NCBI GenBank assembly: GCA_022841915.1 | Contig: JALHQN010000022.1 | Coordinates: forward strand, 1,115-65,114 | Reading direction: 5' to 3' | DNA: 64,000 bases | Origin: Burkholderiales bacterium | GTDB lineage: Bacteria; Pseudomonadota; Gammaproteobacteria; Burkholderiales; WYBJ01 | Part shown: piece by piece, positions 9,041 to 17,796 of the stretch | How positions within the stretch are numbered: the stretch's first letter is position 1 | Layout of the letters: each line of letters begins with the position of its first letter | Program-made: the position numbers and the translations under genes | The notes under the pieces: generated by a model | The model's database searches: none | The model's input: the letters and a program-made list of their open reading frames with translations, nothing else | Told to the model about the DNA's origin: nothing

Positions 9041-9283
9041 GTCGTGTGGACTCGGCCTGTCGACAGAGCGGGTACGGTATTCGCTTTAATCGGGCCCAAG
9101 CACGGCTGGCAGCACGATGGCAGTGAACGTCACCGCCGAGTCCCTGTGACAGCCGATTGCTCGAATAGCTGGCTCATTGTGCGCATAGTCGAGCTTCAGC
9201 ACGGTGGCCGGTGCACCGATAATCGGTTTGACGGCGGCATACGCCCAGGCAGCCGATGTCGACGCAATACAGGAGTCGTCGAT

Positions 9284-9631
9284 ATGTTGACTTTGAGCAA
9301 GCGCTATCTCGAGCTGGAGCAGGCCGCCAACCGAGGCACGGGCGGTGTTGCCAGCGAGAACCGCCAACTGGGTTTCATCCCTGCCTTCATGGATACCCGC
9401 ACGGGCAAGGTCTATGGCTGCACCTTCGTCGACGGCCGTCCGGCGGCATTCCACATTCTCGATGGCCTGCCCGATGAACTGGTGATCGCGAGGGATCGCT
9501 ATGGTCGCCCCTCGCACGTCGTAGGCAGTGTGATCGCGGGCTTCACCCTGGATGATCGTTTCTACACGCGTGAGCAGGCATCGGCCCAAGTTTCCCGGGC
9601 CGATGCGTATTCCGACGGCATCGCGCACTAG
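9284..9631 (+). CDS. hypothetical protein (115 aa)
   Basis: ATG 9284 is preceded by AGGAG. The protein MLTLSKRYLELEQAANRG... matches no family I recognise. Local GC and GC3 are lower than in neighbouring genes. Confidence 0.5.
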   Translation: MLTLSKRYLELEQAANRGTGGVASENRQLGFIPAFMDTRTGKVYGCTFVDGRPAAFHILDGLPDELVIARDRYGRPSHVVGSVIAGFTLDDRFYTREQASAQVSRADAYSDGIAH

Positions 9632-9851
9632 AAAGGCGCACTGCGCGCGCTCGAAGCACGTCGGCGGGCAAAGCGCCGGTGCTGTAGACGCCGGGCGCGC
9701 ATCTCACCTGCAGCTGACGCGCTTTCGCAGCTTCTGGGCAAGACCCCGATGTTGCGTGGCGCGCAGTTGCCGGGCAGGATGGCGCTCATTTGGTGCCGTG
9801 GGTCGAGGCTCGGCCGGTCTACAACGCGCTGCGACGAGTGGAGAAACCAGC

Positions 9852-10709
9852 ATGCAACTCAACGCGATCTTCCCCACGCGGGACATCGGTCAGGACCCGG
9901 CCAGGATTCGGGACTGGGCGCAAGCGGCCGAGGATCTGGGCTATGCGTGCATCGAAGTGCCTGATCACGTCTTCGGTGTCGCCGCCCGGGACGGATGGAC
10001 GCCCACCTACGACGAATCAGATCCTTTTCACGAAACCTTCGTCACCCTGGGTTTTCTTGCCGCAGTCACCCGGCGCATCCGTCTCTCCAGCGGCGTGCTG
10101 ATCTCACCGCAGCGACAGACCGGATTGATCGCAAAGCAGGCTGCCGAAGTCGATCTGTTGAGCGGCGGGCGACTGCGCCTGGGGCTCGGCGTCGGCTGGA
10201 ATCACGTCGAGTACGAAGCGCTGGGTGCGGACTGGAAGTCGCGAGGCGCGCGACAGGCGGAGCAGATCGAGGTCCTGCGCCGCCTCTGGACCGAAGATCT
10301 CGTCGATTACCGCGGCCGCTTTCACGACATGCGCGGTGTCACCATCGTGCCGCCGCCTGTGCAGCGGCCGATCCCGATTTGGCTGGGCGGCGCGTCGGAA
10401 GTCGTGATCCGACGGGCGGCGCAGTTTGCCGACGGCTGGATGCCGATTCTCGCGCCCGATGCGCAGGCCGAAGAGAAGCTGGGGTTGCTGCACGCGGAAC
10501 TCGCCCGCCATGGCCGTGACCGGACTCGGTTCGGCATCGAGGCATGGCTGAGAATGCGCGATGCCGATCCGCAGCGCTGGGGGAGTGCGGCAGAGGGTTG
10601 GCGCAGACTCGGTGCCGACATGGTGATGCTCTATCCGACTTACCGCGTCTCGAAGTTCGACGACCTGATCGCCACCTTGCGCCGTTTCAGGGAAGTCGTC
10701 GCAGAGTAG
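9852..10709 (+). CDS. LLM-class (luciferase-like) flavin/F420-dependent oxidoreductase
   Basis: Start MQLNAIFPTRD. Contains LGYACIEVPDH, LDLLSGGRLRLGLGVGW and PIWLGG, typical of TIGR03619-type LLM proteins. Confidence 0.85.
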   Translation: MQLNAIFPTRDIGQDPARIRDWAQAAEDLGYACIEVPDHVFGVAARDGWTPTYDESDPFHETFVTLGFLAAVTRRIRLSSGVLISPQRQTGLIAKQAAEVDLLSGGRLRLGLGVGWNHVEYEALGADWKSRGARQAEQIEVLRRLWTEDLVDYRGRFHDMRGVTIVPPPVQRPIPIWLGGASEVVIRRAAQFADGWMPILAPDAQAEEKLGLLHAELARHGRDRTRFGIEAWLRMRDADPQRWGSAAEGWRRLGADMVMLYPTYRVSKFDDLIATLRRFREVVAE

Positions 10710-10917
10710 ACGCGCGATTGCTTGTCGAGGCCAGGGGCCTGTCGCCTGAGCGTGCCTGGCCTAGCAGATTTCCGGGGTGATCGCGGGGCGGGCGCCCTCA
10801 GGCGCACGATAGGCACATCGACGGGGTGTCTTCGCCGGCGAGGCCCTTGGATGGGGCATGCCCGTTCTTCCTTGCGAATCTCAACGCGCTGGTATGCATT
10901 TTGCGAGAATGGCACGC

Positions 10918-11490
10918 ATGAAGATCATGCTCTACGACGAGAATCCGGAACGGTCTCTGTTCCTGCGCATGACCCTGGAGCGCCTCGGTCACGAGATTGT
11001 CGCCGAGATCGCCAACGCGAGGCAGCTCTACGATGAGGTGCGCGCCCATTCTCCGGATGCGATCATCATCGACACCGACTCGCCCACGCGCGACACCCTG
11101 GAACACCTTTGCCTGATCACGGAAAGTTGTCCGCGGCCGATCGTCATGTTCACCCAGGACGCCAAGCGAGAGTCCATTCGCGAGGCGGTTCGCGCCGGGG
11201 TGACCGCGTACATCGTCGATGGTCTGGCTGCCGAGCGCATCGAGCCCATCATCGAAACCGCCGTGGCGCGTTTCGAAGCGTTCCAGTCGGTGCAGAACGA
11301 ACTGGCGAAGACGCGTAGCAAACTCTCCGAACGCAAGCTGGTCGACCGAGCCAAGGGCATCCTGATGAAGGAGAAGAAGGTCTCGGAAGAGGAGGCCTAT
11401 CGACTGCTGCGCACACTCGCGATGGATCGCAATGCGACCATCGGCTCGGTCTCGGAGCAGGTGATCGCGTTCGCGAAGCTGCTCAGCTGA
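10918..11490 (+). CDS. nasT: ANTAR-domain response regulator (nitrate/nitrite antiterminator NasT type)
   Basis: A receiver-like N-terminus is followed by a C-terminal ANTAR motif (ERKLVDRAKGILMKEKKVSEEEAYRLLRTLAMDRN). It sits directly upstream of the nitrate ABC transporter operon. The start could be 10909 or 10918. Confidence 0.85.
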   Translation: MKIMLYDENPERSLFLRMTLERLGHEIVAEIANARQLYDEVRAHSPDAIIIDTDSPTRDTLEHLCLITESCPRPIVMFTQDAKRESIREAVRAGVTAYIVDGLAAERIEPIIETAVARFEAFQSVQNELAKTRSKLSERKLVDRAKGILMKEKKVSEEEAYRLLRTLAMDRNATIGSVSEQVIAFAKLLS

Positions 11491-11638
11491 TTGCAGTCCT
11501 CCTGTGCACGGTTGGTGCATGCGCCGCGCGTGGTGCACTGCAATAGAGCATCGCGAAGATTCGACGCTCAATATCCCGGCAATACATCTCTCCAGTAAAA
11601 ACAGCGGCTTGTGGCGCTCGCGCTAGATCGGGACAGCG

Positions 11639-11654
11639 TGGCACGCGGCTTGCC
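11639..11654 (+). promoter_or_regulatory. sigma-54 (-24/-12) promoter of the nitrate assimilation operon
   Basis: TGGCAC-GCGGC-TTGC matches the TGGCAC-N5-TTGC consensus with exact spacing. It lies about 180 nt upstream of nasF. Confidence 0.6.
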
Positions 11655-11670
11655 TTATGACACATCGCAA

Positions 11671-11708
11671 GTCGGCCAACGGCGGTCGGCTTCAGAACAA
11701 GGGTGTTC
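11671..11708 (+). promoter_or_regulatory. ANTAR-target dual hexaloop hairpin motif in the nasF leader
   Basis: P1 is 11671-11690: stem GUCGGCC/GGUCGGC with loop AACGGC. P2 is 11695-11708: stem GAAC/GUUC with loop AAGGGU. Both hexaloops have A at position 1 and G at position 4. A 4-nt linker separates them. P2 overlaps the 5' arm of the downstream terminator. Confidence 0.6.
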
Positions 11709-11750
11709 GGGTTTGCGTGTATGCACGCGCAACCCTGACACCCTTTTTTT
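11701..11750 (+). terminator. intrinsic terminator (attenuator) in the nasF leader
   Basis: Long GC-rich hairpin GGGUGUUCGGGUUUGCGUG-UAUG-CACGCGCAACCCUGACACCC followed by UUUUUUU, located 84 nt before the nasF start. Confidence 0.7.
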
Positions 11751-11833
11751 ATGCGGCGAGCGGAGCAAGGCACAGGGGCCGGGTCGCACAGGCGCGATGT
11801 TCAAAGCAGCGAATCGAATAAGGGAATGATCAC

Positions 11834-13135
11834 ATGCACAGCAATGATGGCCTCACCGATGCTTCACGGCGTTCGATGATCAAGAGCGTCGCGGGGGTCG
11901 CGGCAGCAAGTCTGATCCCGAGCGGCTTCTCTACCGTGGCCAAAGCCAATCCCAAGCTGGAAACCACCGCAGCGAAGCTCGGCTTCATTGCGCTCACCGA
12001 TGCCGCACCTTTGTTCGTCGCCGATGAAAAAGGCTTCTTCAAGAAGCACGGGATGAGCAAGGTGGAGGTCGTAAAGCAGGCGTCCTGGGGGGCGACCCGC
12101 GACAATATCGTGCTCGGCTCAGAAAAGAACGGCATCGACGGTGCGCACATCCTCACGCCGATGCCTTATTTGATCAGCTCGGGGGCGATGACCGCGAACA
12201 ACGTGCCGACCCCCATGTATATCCTGGCGCGGCTCAACCTTGCGGGCCAGTGCATTTCCGTATCCAACGAGTTCGCGAGCCTCAAGATCGGTGTCGACAC
12301 CAAGCCGTTCAAGCCGGCGCTGATGGCGAAGAAGGCCAGCGGCAAGGCGATCAATGCGGCCATGACCTTCCCCGGCGGCACGCACGACATGTGGATACGC
12401 TACTGGATGGCTGCCGGTGGCATCGATCCCAATACCGACATCAACACCATCGTCGTGCCACCGGCGCAGATGGTCGCCAATATGAAGGTGGGCACGATGG
12501 ACACGTTTTGTGTCTGCGAGCCCTGGAATCACCAGCTGATCAACCAGAAGATCGGCTACACGGCGATCACCACCGGCGAGCTGTGGCACAACCATCCGGA
12601 GAAAGCCTTCGCGATGCGTGCGGCTTACGTCGACAAGCACCCGAATGCCACGATGGCGCTGATCAAGGCGGTGATGGAGGCGCAGATGTTCTGCGACGAT
12701 CCGAAGAACGCCCGCGAGGTGGCGGAGATCTGCTCGCGGCGCCGGTGGATCAACGCGCCGGTCGAGGACATCGCCGATCGCGTGCGCGGCGACTTCGATT
12801 ACGGCACCGGCCGGGTGGTCAAGAACAGCCCGCAGAAGATGCGCTACTGGAACGACTTTGCTTCGTATCCGTTCCAGAGTCATGACCTGTGGTTCCTGAC
12901 CGAGAACATTCGCTGGGGTTACCTGCCGCGCAAAACCGACATGAATGCGCTGATCAAGCAGGTCAATCGCGAGGATCTCTGGCGCAAGGCCGCGCAGGAA
13001 CTCGGCATACCGAAGGCGCAGATTCCGACCTCGACCTCGCGCGGCATCGAGACCTTTTTCGACGGCAAGGTGTTCGATCCCAGCAAACCCATGGCGTACC
13101 TCGACAGCCTGCAGATCAAGGCAATGAAGGGCTGA
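11834..13135 (+). CDS. nasF: nitrate ABC transporter substrate-binding protein (NrtA/NasF family, Tat signal)
   Basis: 433 aa. SRRSMIKSVAGVAAASLIP is a twin-arginine signal. The body is NrtA/CmpA-like. Confidence 0.9.
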   Translation: MHSNDGLTDASRRSMIKSVAGVAAASLIPSGFSTVAKANPKLETTAAKLGFIALTDAAPLFVADEKGFFKKHGMSKVEVVKQASWGATRDNIVLGSEKNGIDGAHILTPMPYLISSGAMTANNVPTPMYILARLNLAGQCISVSNEFASLKIGVDTKPFKPALMAKKASGKAINAAMTFPGGTHDMWIRYWMAAGGIDPNTDINTIVVPPAQMVANMKVGTMDTFCVCEPWNHQLINQKIGYTAITTGELWHNHPEKAFAMRAAYVDKHPNATMALIKAVMEAQMFCDDPKNAREVAEICSRRRWINAPVEDIADRVRGDFDYGTGRVVKNSPQKMRYWNDFASYPFQSHDLWFLTENIRWGYLPRKTDMNALIKQVNREDLWRKAAQELGIPKAQIPTSTSRGIETFFDGKVFDPSKPMAYLDSLQIKAMKG

Positions 13136-13174
13136 GCCAGCGCGACCGATCGACATCCCCATCAGGAGCTTGCC

Positions 13175-14137
13175 ATGAACACCACCGCAACCGTGGCCAC
13201 CGTCGCTGCGCCGCCGGAAACCTCGCTACGCAAGGCCGATGCCGTCACCGATCTCGGAGCGGTCGCCGCCGCGGCGACGAGTACCCCCGCGGTTGCGACC
13301 GCAGCCGCTCAACCGCCGACGCCTACCGCCAAACGTCGTCCCGCTTGGGTGGACGTGCTAGGTGACTGGGCGGGCAAGATCCTGCCGCCGCTCGTCACCG
13401 TGGCGGTGCTGCTGGGGATCTGGGAACTGGCGTCCAGCCAGGCAGGCGCCGCACTGCCCCCGCCGAGCAAGGTCATCAGCGACACCAAGGAGCTGATCCT
13501 CGACCCGTTCTTCAACAACGGGGGCAACGACGTCGGCATGGCCTGGCAACTGCTGGCGAGTCTCGAGCGCGTGCTCTACGGCTACTCGATCGCCGTGGTG
13601 GTGGGGATCTCGCTCGGTGTGCTGGTTGGCCAATTCGCGATCGCCATGCGCGGGCTGGATCCGATCTTCCAGGTGCTGCGCACGGTACCGCCGCTGGCCT
13701 GGTTGCCGATCGCGTTGGCGGGCTTTCGCGACGGCAACCCGTCGGCGATCTTCGTGATCTTCATCACCGCCGTGTGGCCGATCATCATCAACACGTCCAT
13801 AGGGATTCGCAACATCCCGAACGACTATCGCAACGTCGCCCGGGTGGTGCAGCTCAACGGCGTCGAGTACTTCTGGAAAATCATGATGCCGGCCGCAGCC
13901 CCCTACATCTTCTCCGGCCTGCGCATCGGCGTCGGCTTGTCCTGGCTCGCCATCGTGGCTGCGGAGATGTTGATCGGCGGCGTCGGTGTCGGATTTTTCA
14001 TCTGGGATGCCTGGAACTCCTCGCGCATCAGCGACATCGTCCTTGCATTGTTCTACGTCGGCATCGTGGGCTTCATTCTCGACCGGCTCGTTTCGTGGAT
14101 CGGCCGCATGGTCGCGCGAGGCAGCAGCGTGAGCTGA
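13175..14137 (+). CDS. nasE: nitrate ABC transporter permease
   Basis: 320 aa with a BPD_transp_1 permease core (EAA-like loop region) and an NrtB-like sequence. Confidence 0.9.
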   Translation: MNTTATVATVAAPPETSLRKADAVTDLGAVAAAATSTPAVATAAAQPPTPTAKRRPAWVDVLGDWAGKILPPLVTVAVLLGIWELASSQAGAALPPPSKVISDTKELILDPFFNNGGNDVGMAWQLLASLERVLYGYSIAVVVGISLGVLVGQFAIAMRGLDPIFQVLRTVPPLAWLPIALAGFRDGNPSAIFVIFITAVWPIIINTSIGIRNIPNDYRNVARVVQLNGVEYFWKIMMPAAAPYIFSGLRIGVGLSWLAIVAAEMLIGGVGVGFFIWDAWNSSRISDIVLALFYVGIVGFILDRLVSWIGRMVARGSSVS

Positions 14138-14199
14138 ACGCCGCCATGAAGATCTCCATCGTCACCCCGACCCTCAACGCAGCACCTAGGGAGCATCGC

Positions 14200-14991
14200 A
14201 TGAGCCAGTCCTTCCTTGAACTCAGTCTGGTATCGATGGTCTTCAAGACCCGACAAGGTCCGTTCCAGGCGCTTTCCAACGTCAACCTTCGCGTCGAAAA
14301 GGGCGAGTTCGTCACGCTGATCGGCCATTCGGGCTGCGGCAAGTCGACGCTGCTCAACATCATCGCCGGGCTCTACCGGTGCACCTCCGGCGGCGTGTTG
14401 CTCGAGGGACGCGAGGTCGATGAGCCGGGGCCGGACCGCGCGGTTGTGTTCCAGAACCACTCGCTGCTGCCGTGGCTGACGGCCTACGAGAACATCGAAC
14501 TCGCCGTCAAGAAAACCTCGGTCGGCAAACGCAACAAGGCCCAGATGCGCGACTGGGTACTGCACAACTTGAAGCTGGTGCAGATGGATCATGCGATGAA
14601 CAAGCGTCCCGAGGAGCTTTCCGGCGGCATGAAGCAGCGTGTCGGGATTGCGCGCGCGCTGGCGATGGAGCCGAAGGTGCTGCTGATGGACGAGCCTTTC
14701 GGCGCGCTCGATGCCCTGACCCGCGCGCGGCTGCAGGACGAACTGCTGCGCATCGTTGCCGACACAGGCAGTACCGTGGTCATGGTCACGCACGACGTCG
14801 ACGAAGCGGTGTTGTTGTCCGACCGGGTGGTGATGATGACCAACGGCCCGGCGGCCACGATCGGCGAGATTCTCGAGGTCAACCTGTCGCGGCCACGCGA
14901 GCGCTTGGCGCTCGCCACCGACGCGCGCTACCTCTCCGCGCGCAAGGCCGTGCTCGAGTTCCTCTACCAGAAACAACTGAAGGCGGCCTGA
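14200..14991 (+). CDS. nasD: nitrate ABC transporter ATP-binding protein
   Basis: ATG 14200 follows AGGGAG. Contains Walker A GHSGCGKST, signature LSGGMKQRV and Walker B LLMDEPFGALD. Confidence 0.9.
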   Translation: MSQSFLELSLVSMVFKTRQGPFQALSNVNLRVEKGEFVTLIGHSGCGKSTLLNIIAGLYRCTSGGVLLEGREVDEPGPDRAVVFQNHSLLPWLTAYENIELAVKKTSVGKRNKAQMRDWVLHNLKLVQMDHAMNKRPEELSGGMKQRVGIARALAMEPKVLLMDEPFGALDALTRARLQDELLRIVADTGSTVVMVTHDVDEAVLLSDRVVMMTNGPAATIGEILEVNLSRPRERLALATDARYLSARKAVLEFLYQKQLKAA

Positions 14992-15007
14992 TCCACGGCC
15001 GAACGAC

Positions 15008-17470
15008 ATGAACCAAGGCGATAAACTGCGATTGGTCTGCGTTGGCAACGGCATGGCCGGCATGCGCGCGCTGGAGGAGTTGCTCAAGCTCGCGCCGGAT
15101 CTCTACCAGATCACGGTGTTCGGCGCCGAGCCGCACCCGAACTACAATCGCATCCTGCTCTCGCCCGTGCTGGCCGGAGAGCAGACGCTGCCCGAAATCG
15201 TACTGAACGATCTCGACTGGTACCGCACCAACGGCATCGAACTTCACCTCGGCAAGAAGATCGCGGCGATCGATCGCGTCAAGCGCGTGGTGCGCGCCGA
15301 GGACGGGACCGTCGCACCCTACGATCGGCTGTTGCTGGCGACCGGCTCCAATCCGATACTGCTGCCGATACCCGGCATGCAACTGCCAGGGGTGCTGACC
15401 TATCGCGACATCGCCGATACCGAAGGCATGATCGCCGCCGCCAGACAGTACAAGCATGCGGTCGTCATCGGGGGGGGGCTACTCGGTCTCGAAGCGGCCA
15501 ACGGCCTCAAACTGCGGGGCATGGACGTCACCGTGGTGCACCTGGCCGAGTGGCTGATGGAACGCCAGCTCGACCGCACCGCAGCCGGTCTGCTGCAGAA
15601 GTCGCTGGAAAGCAAAGGTCTGCAGTTTCGCGTTGGGACGCAGACTGCAGAGATCGTGGCGGGCGAATCGGGCCGCGTCGCTGCCGTGAAGTTCAAGGAT
15701 GGTTCTGCCGTCCCCGCCGAGCTCGTCGTCGTCGCCATCGGCATCCGTCCCAACACGGCGCTGGCCGAACAAGCCGGCCTGCACTGCAATCGGGGCATCG
15801 TCGTCAACGATACGATGCAGACCTACGATCCACGCATCTATGCCGTCGGCGAATGCGCCAACCACCGGGGTATCGCCTACGGCCTGGTCGCCCCGCTGTT
15901 CGACATGGCGAAGGTCTGCGCCAATCACCTGGCACAGATGGGCATCGGCCGCTATACCGGTTCTCTCACTTCGACCAAGCTCAAGGTCACCGGCATCGAT
16001 CTGTTCAGCGCGGGCAACTTCCAGGGGGGCGAGGGCACCGAGGACATCACCCTTTCCGACCCGATCCGCGGCATCTACAAACGCCTGGTGATCAAGGACG
16101 ACAAGCTGATCGGGAGCGTTCTCTACGGGGATACCGTCGACGGCGCGTACTACTTCAAGCTGCTGCGGGATGGGCGCAAGATCGCGGACATCCGCGACAA
16201 GCTGATGTTCGGCGAATCCAATCTCGGCGATACCGGGCACCAGGGCCAGAACAAGGCCGCCGCGATGAGCGACGAGATGGAAGTCTGCGGCTGCAACGGC
16301 GTATGCAAGGGCAGCATCGTCAAGGCGATCAAGGAGCAGGGGCTGTTCACGCTCGACGACGTGCGCAAGCACACGAAAGCGTCGAGTTCATGTGGTTCCT
16401 GCACCGGATTGGTCGAACAGATCCTCATGTTCACCGCCGGCGGCGATTACTCCGCGCCGCCGGCGGTGAAACCGATGTGCGGCTGCACCGACCGGACTCA
16501 CGCCGAGGCCCGCGCCGCAATCCGGGACCACGAGCTGCTTTCGATCTCGGCGGTGATGAAGTTTCTCGAGTGGCGCACGCCGAACGGCTGCGCGAGCTGC
16601 CGGCCCGCAATCAACTATTACCTGATCTCGACCTGGCCGCGGCGCGCCAAGGACGACCCGCAATCGCGCTTCATCAACGAACGCGCCCACGCCAACATCC
16701 AGAAGGACAGCACCTACTCCGTGATCCCACGAATGTGGGGCGGGGTCACCACGGCAGCCGAGCTGCGTCGCATCGCTGATGTCGTCGACAAGTACCGGAT
16801 TCCCACGGTGAAGGTGACCGGCGGCCAGCGCATCGACTTGCTCGGCGTGAAGAAGGAAGACTTGCCGTCGGTGTGGCGCGACCTCGACATGCCCTCGGGC
16901 CATGCGTACGCCAAGGCGCTGCGCACGGTGAAGACCTGCGTCGGCTCCGAGTGGTGTCGCTTCGGCGTGCAGAATTCGACCAAGATGGGCCAGGACCTCG
17001 AACGCGGTCTGTGGCGCATGTATGCGCCGCACAAGGTCAAGCTCGCGGTATCGGGATGTCCGCGCAACTGTGCCGAATCGGGCATCAAGGATGTCGGCGT
17101 CATCGGCGTCGAATCGGGTTGGGAGATCTACGTCGCGGGCAACGGCGGCATCAAGACCGAAGTCGCGCAATTCCTGGTCAAGGTGAAGACGGCGCAGGAA
17201 GTCATGGAGTATTCCAGCGCCTTCCTGCAGCTTTATCGGGAGGAAGGCTGGTACCTCGAACGCACGGTGCACTACGTGCACCGCGTTGGTCTCGACTATG
17301 TGAAGCAGCGCATTCTCGACGATGCCGAGGGGCGCAAGGCCCTGTACGAGCGGCTGCTCCATGCGCTCAAGGACGAACCGGATCCGTGGGCCGAGCGGGT
17401 GGCAGGTGCCGATCGCGCGCAGTTCGTGCCGCTGCGGCCGGTCGCGGCCGAGGAGGGCGCGACGACATGA
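15008..17470 (+). CDS. nirB: NAD(P)H-dependent assimilatory nitrite reductase large subunit
   Basis: 820 aa. It has an FAD/NAD Rossmann N-terminus, a BFD-like 2Fe-2S motif (CGCNGVCKG...CGSCTG) and a sirohaem/4Fe-4S domain (TCVGSEWCRFG...SGCPRNC). Confidence 0.95.
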   Translation: MNQGDKLRLVCVGNGMAGMRALEELLKLAPDLYQITVFGAEPHPNYNRILLSPVLAGEQTLPEIVLNDLDWYRTNGIELHLGKKIAAIDRVKRVVRAEDGTVAPYDRLLLATGSNPILLPIPGMQLPGVLTYRDIADTEGMIAAARQYKHAVVIGGGLLGLEAANGLKLRGMDVTVVHLAEWLMERQLDRTAAGLLQKSLESKGLQFRVGTQTAEIVAGESGRVAAVKFKDGSAVPAELVVVAIGIRPNTALAEQAGLHCNRGIVVNDTMQTYDPRIYAVGECANHRGIAYGLVAPLFDMAKVCANHLAQMGIGRYTGSLTSTKLKVTGIDLFSAGNFQGGEGTEDITLSDPIRGIYKRLVIKDDKLIGSVLYGDTVDGAYYFKLLRDGRKIADIRDKLMFGESNLGDTGHQGQNKAAAMSDEMEVCGCNGVCKGSIVKAIKEQGLFTLDDVRKHTKASSSCGSCTGLVEQILMFTAGGDYSAPPAVKPMCGCTDRTHAEARAAIRDHELLSISAVMKFLEWRTPNGCASCRPAINYYLISTWPRRAKDDPQSRFINERAHANIQKDSTYSVIPRMWGGVTTAAELRRIADVVDKYRIPTVKVTGGQRIDLLGVKKEDLPSVWRDLDMPSGHAYAKALRTVKTCVGSEWCRFGVQNSTKMGQDLERGLWRMYAPHKVKLAVSGCPRNCAESGIKDVGVIGVESGWEIYVAGNGGIKTEVAQFLVKVKTAQEVMEYSSAFLQLYREEGWYLERTVHYVHRVGLDYVKQRILDDAEGRKALYERLLHALKDEPDPWAERVAGADRAQFVPLRPVAAEEGATT

Positions 17471-17796
17471 GCGCATGGCTGAAAGTCTGCACGCTCGACG
17501 ACATTCCCCTGCTTGGCGCGCGCGTCGTGCGCCGCGACGGCGAGCCCGACATCGCCGTGTTCCGCACCGCCGAGGACACGGTGTTCGCCTTGGAGGATCG
17601 CTGCCCGCACAAAGGCGGGGCGCTCTCGCAGGGCATCGTCTGCGGCAACAAGGTCGCCTGTCCGCTGCACAACTGGAACATCGCACTCGACAGCGGCTGC
17701 GCGATCGCCCCCGACAACGGCAGCACGAGAACGTATCCGGTCAAGGTCGAGGCCGGCATGGTGCTGCTCGCCATCGAGCAGCACGCCGATGCCTGA
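17467..17796 (+). CDS. nirD: nitrite reductase small subunit (Rieske-like)
   Basis: Its ATG overlaps the nirB stop (ATGA). The sequence MSAWLKVCTLDDIPLLGARVV...CPHKGGALSQG...CPLHNW is NirD-typical. Confidence 0.9.
   Translation: MSAWLKVCTLDDIPLLGARVVRRDGEPDIAVFRTAEDTVFALEDRCPHKGGALSQGIVCGNKVACPLHNWNIALDSGCAIAPDNGSTRTYPVKVEAGMVLLAIEQHADA

Noticed and set aside
9086-9628. 180-aa minus-strand ORF.
   Set aside because: Most of it is antisense to the RBS-supported + gene 9284-9631, and there is no start codon with an RBS. Only the 3' about 60 codons look faintly protein-like, and these are noted as a low-interest finding.
10890-10904. Second sigma-54-like element TGGTAT-N5-TTGC upstream of nasT.
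   Set aside because: Its -12 element is only about 14 nt from the nasT ATG (10918). That would leave essentially no 5' UTR or RBS. The -24 element is also weaker, so this is probably chance.
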